DNA of 50,593 nt, counting the filler, from Catajapyx aquilonaris (Eukaryota): assembly GCA_000934665.2 (NCBI GenBank). It is 3 parts of 3 records of this genome, joined end to end, with 100 filler letters (N's around TTAATTAATTAA, not from the genome) between each part and the next. Parts side by side here need not be neighbours in the genome. Positions count along the whole stretch, not along the records: positions 16,899 to 33,699 come from JYFJ02007105.1; positions 33,800 to 50,593 come from JYFJ02007106.1; 1 more part is not named here. The stretch is one strand, 5' to 3'. Shown here piece after piece: positions 25,880 through 38,370 of the stretch (position 1 is its first letter; each line of letters begins with the position of its first letter). The notes under the pieces were generated by a model that saw only the letters and a list, made by a program, of their open reading frames with translations, was not told where the DNA came from and searched no databases. The position numbers and the translations under genes are program-made.

Positions 25880-28213
25880 TTACTTATTCTTTTTGGAGTG
25901 ACCCCTGAAGCCAAGTGTTGTGTCCTTTACTCGGGTGCGGTTGCGGTTTTTGACGTTAACCACTTCGTAGAAGTCGCTTCCTATTTTCTTACGACGCTGC
26001 TGCCGATCTAGTTGACGCCTCTGCTTGCTCTTAAGCTTCGGGGATGAAGACATGCTGTCTTCTTCGTCACGATTCCGCTTCTTTCGCTCCCATCGGATGC
26101 CGCGTTTCGCCTCTGAAACTGTGAATGCACCGCTAGCTGAAGGATGGACATCGTCTTCAGAGGAGTCAGAGTCGGAATCATCATCGAGGGCAATGAAATC
26201 AGAAGCTGCGGCTCCAAGCTTGGCAGCAGGTACACTATCTTCTTTGCTCTCATGCTCATTACTTGGGCCGCTGTCGTTTGCTAACGGAGCAATTACATCA
26301 TTGGTTTCGTCAACTGTACTAGCATCTGTGCCATCATTTGTTTGCTGATTCTCTGCATTTGTTCCTTCATTAGCATCATCATCGGAAGGGATCTGATCGA
26401 GGATCTGATCTTCATCGATGTCACCAGTTGTGTCTTCTTCAGCATCAGATTCGTAATCCCGTGCGTTAGCTTGCTTGTCTAGTGGCCTTACGTCCTCTCC
26501 TTCGTACTGCAGCGTAACTCGTATCTTCCTCAGATCCTGCGTAACTATTGGAGCGCCTTCTTCCATCTGTGTTGCTTCCTCCTTTGGCTCATTTATCTTG
26601 CTCAAAGGCACCTCAAAGCCAGGGGGTGCCACAAAATACGGAAGCCGTCCTCGCTGCCAGTCATTCAGCACGATGCGGGCAACTGCATTAACATCGGGTT
26701 CGCCACCTTTGCACAACTTGCCTGTGCGGAGAGCCATCTTCTCTACAAAATCCTCTGACGATGTCCATGGTTCGACACGGTAAGCTTTTCGGATGTACTC
26801 TGGACGCACACGCCGCAACACATCCGGGATGTAGTCCTCTGGGTTTTTGACTATCTCCACACGCACCACGCCTTTCAACACCTTCACGAGAAAGAAAAAC
26901 GTCAGTCACTATTTAGCAAGTGATAATTTTGCAACGTACCTTGTCCGAATCAGTCTCGGTTGCAGATGGCGGCACCACACCCGGACAGTCGATCAGGTAG
27001 ATACGCCTCATCAGCGTGATGTACTGCCAGACCTTCGTCTCACCAGCTACCGGAGCCACGTTGCAGACCTTCTTGGAGCGAAGAGTGTTGATGACAGAGG
27101 ACTTCCCGACATTTGGGTAGCCAATGAACCCGACGCTAATCTGCTTCTTGTCCACATGCAGCTTTGCAAATTGGCGTAACAGGTTGATCAGTGCGCCTTT
27201 GCCAAACGGATGGGTCATTGATGCGTGGAAGGCCATTGTTGGGTACTCCGCACTTAGGATGGCCACCCACCGTTGCGTCGTCCAGGCAGGAACCAAGTCG
27301 ACCTGAGGCGTAAGACAAAAAAATGTAATTAAATCCGGAAGAGCAACTGCAATTATGTCGTACCTTGTTGAGAACAAATAGTAGATGCTTGTGCGCTTTT
27401 TCCTTCCTGAGGAAATTCTCGACGTGCGCACTCCGCGTTCCCATGGGATCGCGCGCATCCAGCACTTGTATGACCACATCGGATGAGTCTATGACCTTGT
27501 ACAGCTCATTCCAGATCCGCTTGCTCTGTCCCGCTGACATTATCGACTCTCTCGCCGCGTTCCACATCTCGGGAGCATCTCGAACTAGATCACGGTCTGA
27601 TTCAGCGCTGTACTTTTCAGCTCGTTCGTCCGCTGCCTTCGCTATGGACGCCAGGTCATCTCCGGGCAGGTTGGGCCGCTTTCTTCGCTTCTTCGGACCG
27701 AAAGTGTCGCTGAACGGCTGTGTATCCAGGAGGTGGACACGAGCCTGCTTGGCACGCTCGGTCAGAAGCGATATTGGAAGCCGTGTCTGCTTCATCACCA
27801 CTTGGTATGGATCTTTCAAAGCCTTTCCGAGCTCCTCCTGCAAATTAAGTTGCATGTTAGCTGCCAATTGTACTGCAGATATGTCATACTCATACCTGAA
27901 ACTTTTGAAGTGCAGGCTGACCTACGACCCGCACGTTTCCAAACCATTTAATTCCCGGTTCCACCCTTGACATAGTCCCCGATGGTAGTCTCCTTTGATA
28001 CGGCGCCGGTCTTGTGATTCTTCCGCTGCTGTCTCGCTTAGGCTTGAAGTTCCTGTACATCTGCAGCCGCTTGATGGTCGACCTGTCCCTGACCTTTGCG
28101 ACCCCCTTCAGCCCTTCCGTTGGTCTCTCCGGATTCATGCTGCTGCGGGACTTGTTCAGCCCTTCGGTCCTCACCTTCTTCTTCTTCACCGTTGTCGCCT
28201 TCGCCTTTGCCAT
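25880..28213 (-). CDS. GNL2: Nucleolar GTP-binding protein 2 (Nog2/NGP1), 718 aa
   Basis: Exons 28213-27896, 27837-27364, 27302-26940, 26881-25880. It has the NGP1NT region ([12 protein letters not shown]) and a circularly permuted GTPase: [35 protein letters not shown]. The tail is acidic then basic. Confidence 0.97.
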
Positions 28214-28389
28214 TTCTACGGCTTGTACCTGCAACAGCCTGTTGTTAGTTTGCGCAATGTACAGTACATACACATGGTCCTTACCACTAGTTTTCTTCTC
28301 CCAAAATACCTGAAGGAACCTCCCAAAAAATGCAGCAAAGATGACCACACGTCCTCTGGTCCTCACCACGTGTGTCTTATGAAGGAAAA

Positions 28390-28430
28390 ATTGGCCGCCA
28401 TTTTGAGTCCGACGCCATTTTAGCGCCACT
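28390..28430 (-). promoter_or_regulatory. Paired YY1/Pho-like AAAATGGCG motifs upstream of GNL2
   Basis: gccgccattttg and gacgccatttta on the + strand, ~200 nt upstream of the ATG. A probable 5'UTR intron lies at 28284-28229. Confidence 0.45.
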
Positions 28431-28689
28431 TTTTGTTCAGGGTGAACTACAACTGCTGGTGTACAGTGCACCCTGTTTTCCATCTGTCGGTGGTAGTAGG
28501 AACCATGCGATTGGGACATTCGGCTGTAGATGGCTCTAGTGGTCTGTTGACTGTCGGGGACATATTCGCAAATTTTTGGAGGCTCCAGGAAATGGACCGG
28601 ACACCTAAGGATCATAGGAAAGTCATCCATGGGGTCAGCACTTAATATGAACTTAATATTTTACATGTCTAATGGTGCGCCAACAGGGC

Positions 28690-28801
<112 letters not shown>

Positions 28802-31491
28802 GTCTAATGGTGCACCAGCCCATTTTACTTGAAGACGCCGTCAAAAATGGGCATTTTGAGTTTTTCGGAATTGTAGGCTATAGTGCATGTGGCTATCTGA
28901 TTTTACCTGTTTATACTCATATGAGCATTAAAAAATGCTAGTGGCTTCATCCCATTGATCGGATCAGACCAATATACAACAGATTAAAAAAAAAACTACA
29001 TAATGAAGTAAAACACGATAGGGCGAACTTTATTCATGTCGACAGTTTTAGCGATATTGCTTCGTGCGAATATTATCGATCCCCTCCACCAGATTAATAT
29101 CACACAGGATATGAAAATAAGACCCGATGAAACGATAAATCGATACGACCCAGTTTATAACTGAATGGAATTAAGGGAGTGCATCCTAAGGAAACGGGGG
29201 GAAAAAAATGCTGATGTGTTGGAAGGGAAGATGCGGGAGGGAAAAAGGCTTCATCATGAAGAAGGCCATCCGTCATTTCTCAGGCGACAGCCGAGTTGGC
29301 AAAAGGCTCCTCCTCCTTCCCTGTCGATTAAACTTTTACCCCTCTTCCCCACCTTAAGAAAAAATAAAATAAAATGGGGGCAGACACTTGTTTTTATTGA
29401 TTTAAAGATTATGCCTCTTCTTGCTGCTTATCAAGCGATTCTTTTTTTTTTGAGGGGGGGTAGGACATGAGTGATGAAAGAGGGTGACGCGGTTCCTGGC
29501 TTTCTGTCGTCTTCACCGAATTGCGTGACAGCATTAGGGGCTGTCACATGTTGCTGTAGACGACAATGTACAGGGTGTTTCAGAATACCGGTATTCGAAA
29601 TTTTACTTCATATATGAAGATCTATTTTCCAAAATATGGGTACATTTTGATCAACTAGTTCTGAACAACAATATGTCTGTTGCAGGGGAGAAAAACATAT
29701 TGCATTTCCAGCCCCCTCACTGCAACTGTGGGGGGAAAAAGTTGTTTTTTTTTGGGGGGGGGGGGGGGGGGGGCACACGGGCTACACAGTTCAGNGGGGG
29801 AATGGACGCGTCATTTGTGTACGCCATTCTGATTGAAACAGGGCTACATCACAACCCCGTGACCTTTTTTTTTTCCGGACAGGGCTTAGGGCCGGGAGTG
29901 AATTGTGTTAATGGGGTCGCAAATTCACGCGTACGTGAACCCTGCCGAATTCGGGATTGGGCTCGGATGGGAAAATGGACCCCACACAATGTAGGCCACG
30001 TTTCACACACAAAAAAAAGTCTGTGCAAGTACGCCTGATCTGTACACAGGGAAGTTGTCAAAAAAAATAAATTGGTTCTCTCCAAAGAAATACGCTTCAT
30101 CTGATGCCAGCGGATACTGAATTTTTGTGCGAAAAATATCGGTGACGCCATTGTCTAGTTTTTGACAAGCCGCGTTTGACGTCACAGTGCGGCATAGCAG
30201 GGTTTGAAAATCGGACAGGTGATCCCAACGCACCCAAAGTAGCTGGAGCAGATCTGCATTATCTGACAGGCATGTCCGCCATCAATCCCACACCAAACTG
30301 TATATGCAGACCGACCAAAAGCCCTCGATGCGCATGCCACCTTTTGATGGATTGTAGGAGAAGGGGTCAATTCCGGGTGTCCAATAAGTAGTGGTTATTA
30401 GATGAGCAGCAGTCCTCTTGTAATTTCCGACACAAGACTTCCATTACTGCTGGACTGATGGTCTAATTAGAATGATATTGATCTGGACATTGACAATATA
30501 CCGGTCATCACAATAGTTTGAACAAAACTTGAGATTTTCTTTTTTAAAGTACAGGGGATTTCCACATGATGAGATTAATAATATTCAGACTTGAACAGGA
30601 CTGGCACATTTGTTAATACGATTATGGGGGCACATGTAGCAACCCAATTAATTAGTAGATAGTGACGTGGGTCGGTGGTGACGGGTTTATGTTCTGTGGC
30701 AATGAATATTGCGGGTGTTAATTGGTGTTGATGTATCTGCCGGTGACTGTTCCTGGGTGGTCGTGCGGATGTGGACAAATGCTCTTGTGACCAGGACTTA
30801 CGACTGTGTTTGCATGGGAAGTAAGTCATTTGCAGGGTTGTGGGAACCAACGCTGCATGCGGAATATTAAAAAAACAACAACGAAAGGGTCAATCTGGAC
30901 AGCGATTAAATATTATAGGCAACCAGCACAATTTTCATACATATAAATAACCAAATTGTGTTGTAACGCACCTTAAAACTTGTCAATATAATGAAACTTG
31001 GTATAGAGAAAGATTTTTCCCATTCATAATTTGTATTTGGTCCCGACGAAGATTTTTCACAAAAATGTATAACCGTCGCATAGGGCCTACAATTAAAAGC
31101 TGTTAAATGTGGAATTTTTTGGCTGAATCTACCTGAGCTTAATACAGTATTTTAATTTTTGTATTATTTCAAGATATTGCACAAAATTCTGATTTCCATA
31201 TAGGTTATATTGCAACACACGCAGAACGGGCCATTCATTGTACATCTTTGGATTATTTTAAGCCTGTATACTCTAATGATAGTTATATTAATATTGCGGG
31301 TAGAGTGATGTTTGGGATGAACAATACTGACAGGATTAATATAAGCTGATTAATATCAATTGCGCCATCGGTTAGAATATTGGCAAGTGCATCGTATTGA
31401 AACTTCTCTTCAAATTTGGATCATATTTCCGCAACTGAAAACAGAACTTGTAAGAATTTTATTCATCTCTCATAATAATATAGGCAGAGCG

Positions 31492-31874
31492 GCCCACGAG
31501 AACTTCCAAATGACGTCATCATCAAGGTTTTCATGGAAAGACCCTCACAGTGCAATATGAGTATACAGTGTCAACAAAAAGCAACAATGTCAAGAAACGG
31601 TGACGTCAGATCTTTAGGGTTTCCGCTCTATAAAAAATATGCCGAACACTCCCCCTGGAACTCCCACGCGTGCTCCCACGTTTTAAGTTTCAGTGGAGAT
31701 GCCCGAGTCATGCGACGATATTACGGCATTTTACCAAATATTTACTCCTATTGTTGTGTGAGGGCATCTAGCCATGGAAACTTGAAACGTGGGCGGTTCC
31801 AGGGGATGGGTTCGGCATGTTTACGTTCAAATTGGTAAACAAAATGATGCCGTCATTTGGAAGTTATCGTAGGC
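31492..31874. mobile_element. MITE-like non-autonomous DNA element
   Basis: The left end gcccacgagaacttccaaatgacgtcatcat and the right end atgatgccgtcatttggaagttatcgtaggc are ~31-bp inverted repeats. Confidence 0.7.
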
Positions 31875-32114
31875 TGTCTTTTTTATAGTTGATATATGCG
31901 ACTTTTGTTACCATGACGCCTCCAACTGGCCCCCGGAACCGAATGGCCTTTCTAATGTTACCATAATATAGTAGTTAATGTTCTTGAGAATTAATTAGCA
32001 CTTACTTCTACGCTCCGAGGTGTCAATGGTCATGTTAATCAAGCATCTGGATAATCACGATGAACATGCCCAATGCTAATCATACGCGCATACATACACA
32101 CGAGAAAAAGAATG

Positions 32115-32594
32115 ATGGCAACCCTTTGTTTGCAGCGCTGCTGTGTTGGGAGCCATTTGTTCGGAAGGTTGCTGTGTGTGTTGGTAACCCTTTGTTTGGA
32201 ACGTTGCTTTGTGTTGGCTACCCTTTGTTTGGAACGCTGCTGTGTGTTGGTAACCCTTTGTTTGCAGCGCTGCTGTGTTGGCAGCCCTTTGTTTGGAACA
32301 CTGTAGTGTGTTGGCTACCGTTTGTTTGGAACGTTGCTTTGTGTTGGCAACCCTTTGTTTGGACCGCTGTAGTGTTGGCAGCACTTTGTTTGGAATGTTG
32401 CTGTGTGTTGGCAGCCCTTTGTTTGGAATGTTGCTGTGTGTTGGTAACCCTTTGTTTGGAACGCTGTTGTGTTGGCATCCCTTTGTTTGGAACGTTGCTG
32501 TGTGTTGGTAACCCTTTGTTTGGAACGCTGCTGTGTAGGCAACCTTTTGTTTGGACCGCTGCAGTTTTGGCAGCCCTTTGTTTAGAACGTTGCT
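32115..32594. repeat. Minisatellite, ~33-bp unit, ~15 copies
   Basis: Unit tgg(c/t)aaccctttgtttggaacg(c/t)tgctgtgtgt, with 31-33 bp variants. Confidence 0.95.
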
Positions 32595-33154
32595 AAAATA
32601 AGATTGGCGAGATGCAAAGCTCAGCGTAGAGGGCAGCGCACTATGATTGGATTGATGATATGTGGCGCGGTCTTCAACGTTGTTTCATCTATGTAACATA
32701 CAAATCCAGCTATGTAGGATATCCTACATAGCGGGATTTGTCTTGATTTGTCCAAAAGAAATTAGAAAAAACTTAGCAGGTGAAGATTGTGTTCAAGCAA
32801 TAACTGATGAATGCAATGCAATTTGTTTTTGGGCAGTTCTTTGATAGAAAGGAAAATCACTGGGGGGTTGACCAGTTGATTTCTTTCAAAATATCCAGGA
32901 ACAGAATAATGTTGGATATGGTGCTTTCGGAAAACCTAGTTGCTTTGATGAAAAGTATATTGTTCGACTACTTGAAAATCAGATGATTTCATGTCCGAAC
33001 AGTCAACGGAACAGTTGCAAGGAGAAAAATTCATAGGGGTAATACTAATGATTTTATTTAGAGCCAATAAGATTACAATGTCATCTAGGCATAATACGAC
33101 ATCTGCTATCTGCATGCACTGTGTGCTTAACACTTTTGTAACTTCCTGTAACGT

Positions 33155-33355
33155 CCTGTAGTCACCATCCAAGAAGTGGTCACTGCATACCCTGGACGTG
33201 GACGTGCATACAAAATTTTCCATTTTGAGTGCCGTCAGACACTTTCTTCTCAGCGGTTCATCATTTGGAAAGCGATGAACCACCGAACCTACTCCACGGT
33301 CGGGATGTTGTTCATCAGTGGTGCCAACCTTGGTGCCAACTATACATGGACGCTT
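33155..33355 (-). mobile_element. Degenerate THAP zinc-finger fragment (DNA transposon relic)
   Basis: PCIVG...VVHRFPNDEPLRRKCLTALKMENFVCTSTSRVCSDHFLDGDY. The HRFP and CSDHF hallmarks are present, but the conserved W is replaced by C and the second Cys is missing. Confidence 0.75.
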
Positions 33356-33699
33356 ATAAGGGAAGTAAAATAATTTCAATTTTTTAAACGAGGTCCTTCC
33401 TGGCACCCCTACGGGAAGAGTTGTTGGTAAGCAGCATTGGCCGCGATATTCGACACTGAACTGGCGCGGGGATAGGGCCAGTTTGAGAAAGGGTCGGAAA
33501 GAATGAAACCAGTTTTTGATCATCTAGTACTGCCGAGTTTCATGGAATTTAATAATGAAGGGGAGTTATGAGCAGTTAGAAACACGTGGTCGGAAAGTGT
33601 ACATTTTAAGGGCGGTAGCCCTTAAGTAAGACCGTAGCATAGCGTTTCAACAATGAATTTTTCCTACTTGTTGTTATTACGTTTTTTTAATTCGCCCTA

Positions 33700-33799
33700 N
33701 NNNNNNNNNNNNNNNNNNNNNNNNNNNNNNNNNNNNNNNNNNNTTAATTAATTAANNNNNNNNNNNNNNNNNNNNNNNNNNNNNNNNNNNNNNNNNNNN
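33700..33799. other. Artificial contig spacer N44-TTAATTAATTAA-N44
   Basis: Identical to the spacer at 16799-16898. Confidence 0.98.
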
Positions 33800-34849
33800 A
33801 TGTAAATTCTTGTTCTTGATTAGCCTTTGAATAATTGTGGATGATGAGATACATTGGCGCGGGGCCTTTATGGTCGGGTCGCCGTAACTCTGACACAGGG
33901 CAGAACTCACGCGAGGTGCAGCGGCGTGAGAGCTCTTATGTGCAATATTGAGCATGTTAGACACCCACACGTGGCAGGATGATAAGACAGGATATCCACA
34001 TCCTTTGACTCACATCCTAAGCACGGCTTGGGGCGGAAGCCAGAAAATCCAATAAAATGACTGAGTGGGTTGCCACTCGGGACTCGCTCTCTTAAGTGCA
34101 GGCTCTCTTAGCTGGAGGGTTTGTGCGTAGGGGTCTCGCGCGCCTAGGTCTTGAGTGAAGACTCTTTGAGTGTTAGTCTCACCTAGTAGCAGAAGGAAGA
34201 AGGAAGCCGGACAACAGTCAGCTCCACCGGGGCTGAGGTCCGAGAGAAGACAAACCAGACAGAAGCACGCCATAGAAGAAAACACACATTAGCGGAGAAG
34301 TATAAGGGTTGTAATTAAGGGTACAGTACATAATTGTACTCAATTTGTGAGGTTAAGTTCCAGCGCCACTCCATGACCTTCCGGTACAAGCCAGTTTCAA
34401 TGACACTTCATACAAGGAACTGGGAAGAACAGAAAAACCCCAGGCACAAAATTCCACAACCAACTACAGCACCTCGAGGCATGTTGGCCACAAAAAAAAG
34501 GCGGGGGGGGGGATGTGACAGGACTTTGCCCAATGATGCCAGCCAACAGGCGCCACTTCTGGACCTCCCTGCCAGAATCAGAAGGACTCACACTCCACAA
34601 TTTTATACCAATAGGCCTATGAATTTCTTACAACACTGTTGTGCTGTAAGACATGCAGCAAGTCCTGTACGACTGAAAAGTAATTTTAAAATAGTTATCA
34701 ATGGTTCAAGCTGTTTGCATCAGAGGTGTTTATAAGTCCAGCAGATTAAATAACGCGATAAATTAATTGGAAACATCTAATTTTATCTTCTCATTCAATG
34801 GCATGTCCCTTTTATTTCAGTCCAACAGTTCTCAAGGCCCATGTCCCAT

Positions 34850-35015
34850 GCCAAAACGCATTATGTGGCATATAATGCGTTATCGTTATCGGGTCCCCGA
34901 ACAGGGACCATTACACTATGAGGACGGGGCTCCTTTTCAAACAAAACCATCCCGAGTTTGGACTCCACCGTTCAAACTCATAGCGTGGCGCCTCATTAGG
35001 CCGCCTGCTCCTTAA
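34850..35015 (+). mobile_element. IS3EU-like integrase-core transposase fragment
   Basis: RYRYRVPEQGPL...FKLIAWRLIR resembles the RRxYxVxGPN..HIDGxHKLIRW motif and shares KLIAWRL with the fragment at 39795. Confidence 0.4.
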
Positions 35016-35087
35016 ACAGCCTGCACTTCCTGCTGTTTTAGGGTCCCACAAATCCCAAAGCTCAGCCCATTTCAGCCACAGGAGCTG

Positions 35088-35489
35088 ATGAGCAGCACCG
35101 CCAGGGTGGCCCCAGCCACCATACCTGCCTCCACTGATGGAAAGAAGCCACGAAGGAGAGGGTGCAGATCCGGAAGGATCAACCGTCTGAACAAGAAGGA
35201 CCAAGCCTTCAGCCAATCCTTGAGGGACTACGAGCACTTTGCCAGGGAGGCCAGACAAGAGGAATATGGCCGCCAGTTTCACTTACGCCTTGCCATCAAG
35301 CGGGAGGCCGATGCCCGCCAGAGGGACATCTCATTCCGGGCAGGCCTAGATGCAATAGCCTTCGCCCCTCCACCTCCACCACCCTTCCTGACCCAGCCTC
35401 TGGCTCTCTCCCTACCTCCCCCTCCTCGCCGCAATCTGGTCATTCATGGCCCGGTGAGGTTTGTACTATCACCACCACCATTCCCCTAG
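35088..35489 (+). CDS. Intact 133-aa basic/proline-rich ORF of unknown function, probably element-encoded
   Basis: ATG-started, stop-free and GC-rich, with KKPRRRGCRSGR and a poly-Pro tail. It lies upstream of the hammerhead-like motif. Confidence 0.35.
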   Translation: MSSTARVAPATIPASTDGKKPRRRGCRSGRINRLNKKDQAFSQSLRDYEHFAREARQEEYGRQFHLRLAIKREADARQRDISFRAGLDAIAFAPPPPPPFLTQPLALSLPPPPRRNLVIHGPVRFVLSPPPFP

Positions 35490-35740
35490 ACCTCCAGGTC
35501 GACACCCCCGCCTACGATCCCCGTGATCACACCTCCTTAAAAAAAACCCCACAAGACCCTTCCCAGAAAAATCCCAACCCATCACCCCCTAATCCCNAAA
35601 AAAAAACCCCCCCAAAAAACCAAACCAAGATTCAAGGACCACCCACGCCCGGCAGCCGAGTGCACACGGCCGCCGCCGCAACTAGATCCTGAGAGTCAAC
35701 GCATAGAGTAATAACGAAGACACCCCACACGCCAAGTATA

Positions 35741-35779
35741 CCCCCAGAGGAGCTATCGCCAAGACGCGAAACCGGTCGG
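35741..35779 (+). ncRNA. Penelope-type hammerhead ribozyme-like motif with a core substitution
   Basis: cccc-CAGAGGA-gc(tatcgccaagac)gc-GAAA-ccg-GTC-gg. The CUGANGA box has U>A, stem III is the palindrome ACCGGT, and the GUC cleavage triplet is present. AATAAA follows at ~35822. Confidence 0.45.
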
Positions 35780-36038
35780 AAACCGGCCATTCCTGTGTGG
35801 GAACCATTGTAACAAGAGTAAAATAAAAAGAAGATATTCGCAAAGTAAATACCGCCTGTTCTCCTGTCAACCTCTCGCACCACCACCACCCGGGGTTGAG
35901 GGACCGGCCGCGGGGGCGCACGCCGAGATTGATAGGCCGGCCACACACACCAGGCCTTAGCCAAACCGGCAAAACGGCTTGACCCCTAGGGGAAACCAGT
36001 AAAACTTAACCTGTACGCCGCCGGCAAACGCCCCGGTT

Positions 36039-36968
36039 ATGGAATTGGGTCCTGGTCTAGATATGCCAGCCATTCGGCTCTTTGCCGACTTCTGGCGGGA
36101 GTCCAGCTACGGACCCCCGCCCGGTACCCCTCTGCGCCTCATGGCCAGAAATTGTGCCAATAAGGCACGGGGAATTTTTAGTGACTCCCATGAGTTCACA
36201 AGGATGGAGCCGGCCACAGCGCACCTCATCAGGCAGTGGCAGCCACTCACACCTAACCCGCTGCAGGGGCCTGACCCGCCATTGGGAGGGCAAGGCAGCC
36301 CGGAAGAAATCATATTGAACTTGTTTCGGAGCGAGCTCTGGCTCCGGACGGTTCTCGACGATGAGGTACGCAGGATGGTGGCCGGTGACCCCCTTCACCC
36401 GCTCCAGCTGCACTCCGGGCACCTCATCCCAAACATGCAACTGTTCCCGGCCGAAGCCTGGAATGAGATGGATGCACTCATGCGGGTCGCCAGCGCAGAT
36501 ATGACGGCCTTGGTATACAAACACCGCCGCCGCCTCCTGGCCAGGCCGACGGCCAAACGCCGAGAACTATTGACGCGCCCGCCCGCGCACAAGCGGCGTG
36601 AGGTAGAACGCCAAATTGAGCGTATGCGAGCGGAGACTGCAGACAGATACCTGTGCTTCCAGAGGGGATACATCCCGGGGAGCCAGGCCAAATGCCGTTT
36701 TCCGAAGAAGCACGTCCTCAATCTCATGTCGGAGCTGAACAAATCCAGGGGACAGAACAGGGGGTACGCCCGCCCCAACCAACAACACGGGGGCGGCCCG
36801 CCCCCACCCCCCAAACCCGGCCCAGGACGCCCTCCGCACGGGCAATGGCCTACAAAAAAGGACCCCCCGAATAAAATCCGAAAAAGATGCGCCAGGCTTC
36901 CCAGCTGGGATCTCGGTCCACTCAGTCAGGCAGAGGATATGGACCCAAAGCAGAAAAACCCGACATGA
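36039..36968 (+). mobile_element. 309-aa ORF, probable N-terminal region of a Penelope-like retroelement, 3' truncated
   Basis: Stop-free ORF downstream of a pLTR-like segment (hammerhead-like motif plus AATAAA). A helical region (SELWLRTVLDDEVRR...WNEMDALMRVASADMTALVYKH) is followed by a Pro/Gly/Arg linker. No RT domain is present. Confidence 0.45.
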
Positions 36969-37415
36969 CACCTGAAGATTTCGAGATTGCGAAGGCTAGG
37001 CACCCGTCTAAACTTCCCACCACCCCCAAGCAGAGAGAAGAGTTGCAGGAAGGAACTTTATTGCAACGGGACAGCAGAAGATGGAAGATGACAAGAAGAA
37101 CTCTCTTGACGGCCTCCCAACTTTGGAACGGTGAGTAAGCGCAGGGCAACCACACCATGCGCAGAACTTCTCTACTCAGACTTCGATACTGATGCTATGT
37201 TGTGGGGGAGAGAAAAGGAAGACACTGCCATACGGTGTCTAGAGAAGAAAGTAGGAGTGAGTGTGGATAAATGTGGACTATTTGTGGATGCTGAAAAACC
37301 TTTTCTTGGAGCCAGCCCTGATGGAGTAATTGGTAGTTACGGATTGGTGGAGGTCAAGTGTCCTGCATCAGCAGCTCATCCTGAGCCACTTACTCCAGAA
37401 GACTCTCCCTGTTGA
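36965..37415 (+). mobile_element. YqaJ/lambda-exonuclease-like fragment (ISL2EU- or Kolobok-associated)
   Basis: TLLQRDSRRWKMTRRTLLTAS, then a frameshift, then AMLWGREKEDTA...CGLFVDAEKPFLGASPDGVIGSYGLVEVKCP (PD-ExK motif). Confidence 0.85.
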
Positions 37416-37639
37416 GTTTTTTTTGTATAGAATTTAGAACGACTGGTGGGGAAATATTTCCCCCCTTCTGGGTTACCAATTATTGCTTAAATGTAAACAA
37501 ACTCACCTCATTCTTGAGGTTTTAGACAACGCCCATCTCATTTGAAATCGAATCCTGATTGGTCAACCGGTAGGGGGCGGGGCTAATAATTATGGTTGCC
37601 AAGGACACGAGCCACCTCCCAAAACACATGAGTTATCTT

Positions 37640-37848
37640 GTCCCTAGTGTACAAGGGGAAGCCCTGTCTGAAGCCACCGTTGCTCTTAGCAAGAGAAGGG
37701 ATGAGAGGAGGAAGAGGACGAGTGAGGTACAAAGTGAAGCTATAGCCAAGAGAGAGCGCAAGACAATTCACCGGGCCAAGAAGACTGCTGAAGAAGACTG
37801 CTGAAAAGAAAAGAGGAGGGACCAACATATGGACCTGCAATGTTCTGA
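37640..37848 (+). mobile_element. C-terminal tail of a Kolobok-type transposase
   Basis: SKRRDERRKRTSEVQSEAIAKRERKTIHRAKKTAEED, then KEEGPTYGPAMF*, the typical EGxxYGxGxF* ending. Confidence 0.5.
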
Positions 37849-37887
37849 AAAATTGAACAAATCTGTTTATCAATTTTCAAATAGTGT

Positions 37888-38370
37888 CTCTGGTAGGAAT
37901 GAGAGTGGGCGCCGCGCCGGTTTGACCGTGTACTCAGTTTCCAAGACATTCTTGGTCCGGAAGCAGTTGTGTTGGTACCATTTGCTGAGACCGTACGTCT
38001 CAATGTGGGAACAAACAAAGTGATGATGGGCGACGACCTTTGGGTTACGGTACGCCACTACCGAGATCTTCTCCTGCGTCTGCGAGGGCTTAACCCTGAT
38101 TGCAGCATTCGTGTGAACTCGGTACTGCCCAGAGCTTGTAATCGTTTCAGGAAGAGGAGCAGTGTGGACCAGATCAATGGACGGGCAATGGTGCTCAACG
38201 CAGGACTTCATACGCTCTGCCTAGGCTTTGAGGGCATCGAGTTTGTCGACCTGAGGCCTGCATTTTAGGGCAGGAGGTACCTGGTTTGAGATGATGATCT
38301 TTATCTGAGTCATGGTGAGGTCAAGAGGCTTTCTGAGATCATGGATGCAGCTGTGCCAAGGGGTAAGTAA
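37888..38370 (+). mobile_element. SGNH-esterase (non-LTR ORF1-type) fragment, copy 1, disrupted
   Basis: LNVGTN, VNSVLPR and DDLYLS motifs with internal stops; nearly identical to 47280-47784. Confidence 0.8.

Noticed and set aside
26025..28423. Long + strand ORFs (e.g. 27365-27970)
   Set aside because: They are antisense shadows of GNL2 exons.
28214..28630. N-terminal extension of GNL2 in the ORF track
   Set aside because: It reads through promoter, UTR and a probable 5'UTR intron; GNL2 similarity starts near the ATG at 28213.
29569..29600. TA-CAGGGTGTTTCA mariner-like TIR
   Set aside because: No convincing partner TIR or transposase was found.
32060..32596. Cys/Leu-rich repeat ORFs
   Set aside because: Artefacts of the 33-bp minisatellite; unit-length variants shift the frame.
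33800..34330. Possible solo LTR at the start of contig 3
   Set aside because: No second LTR, PBS, PPT or TSD could be verified.
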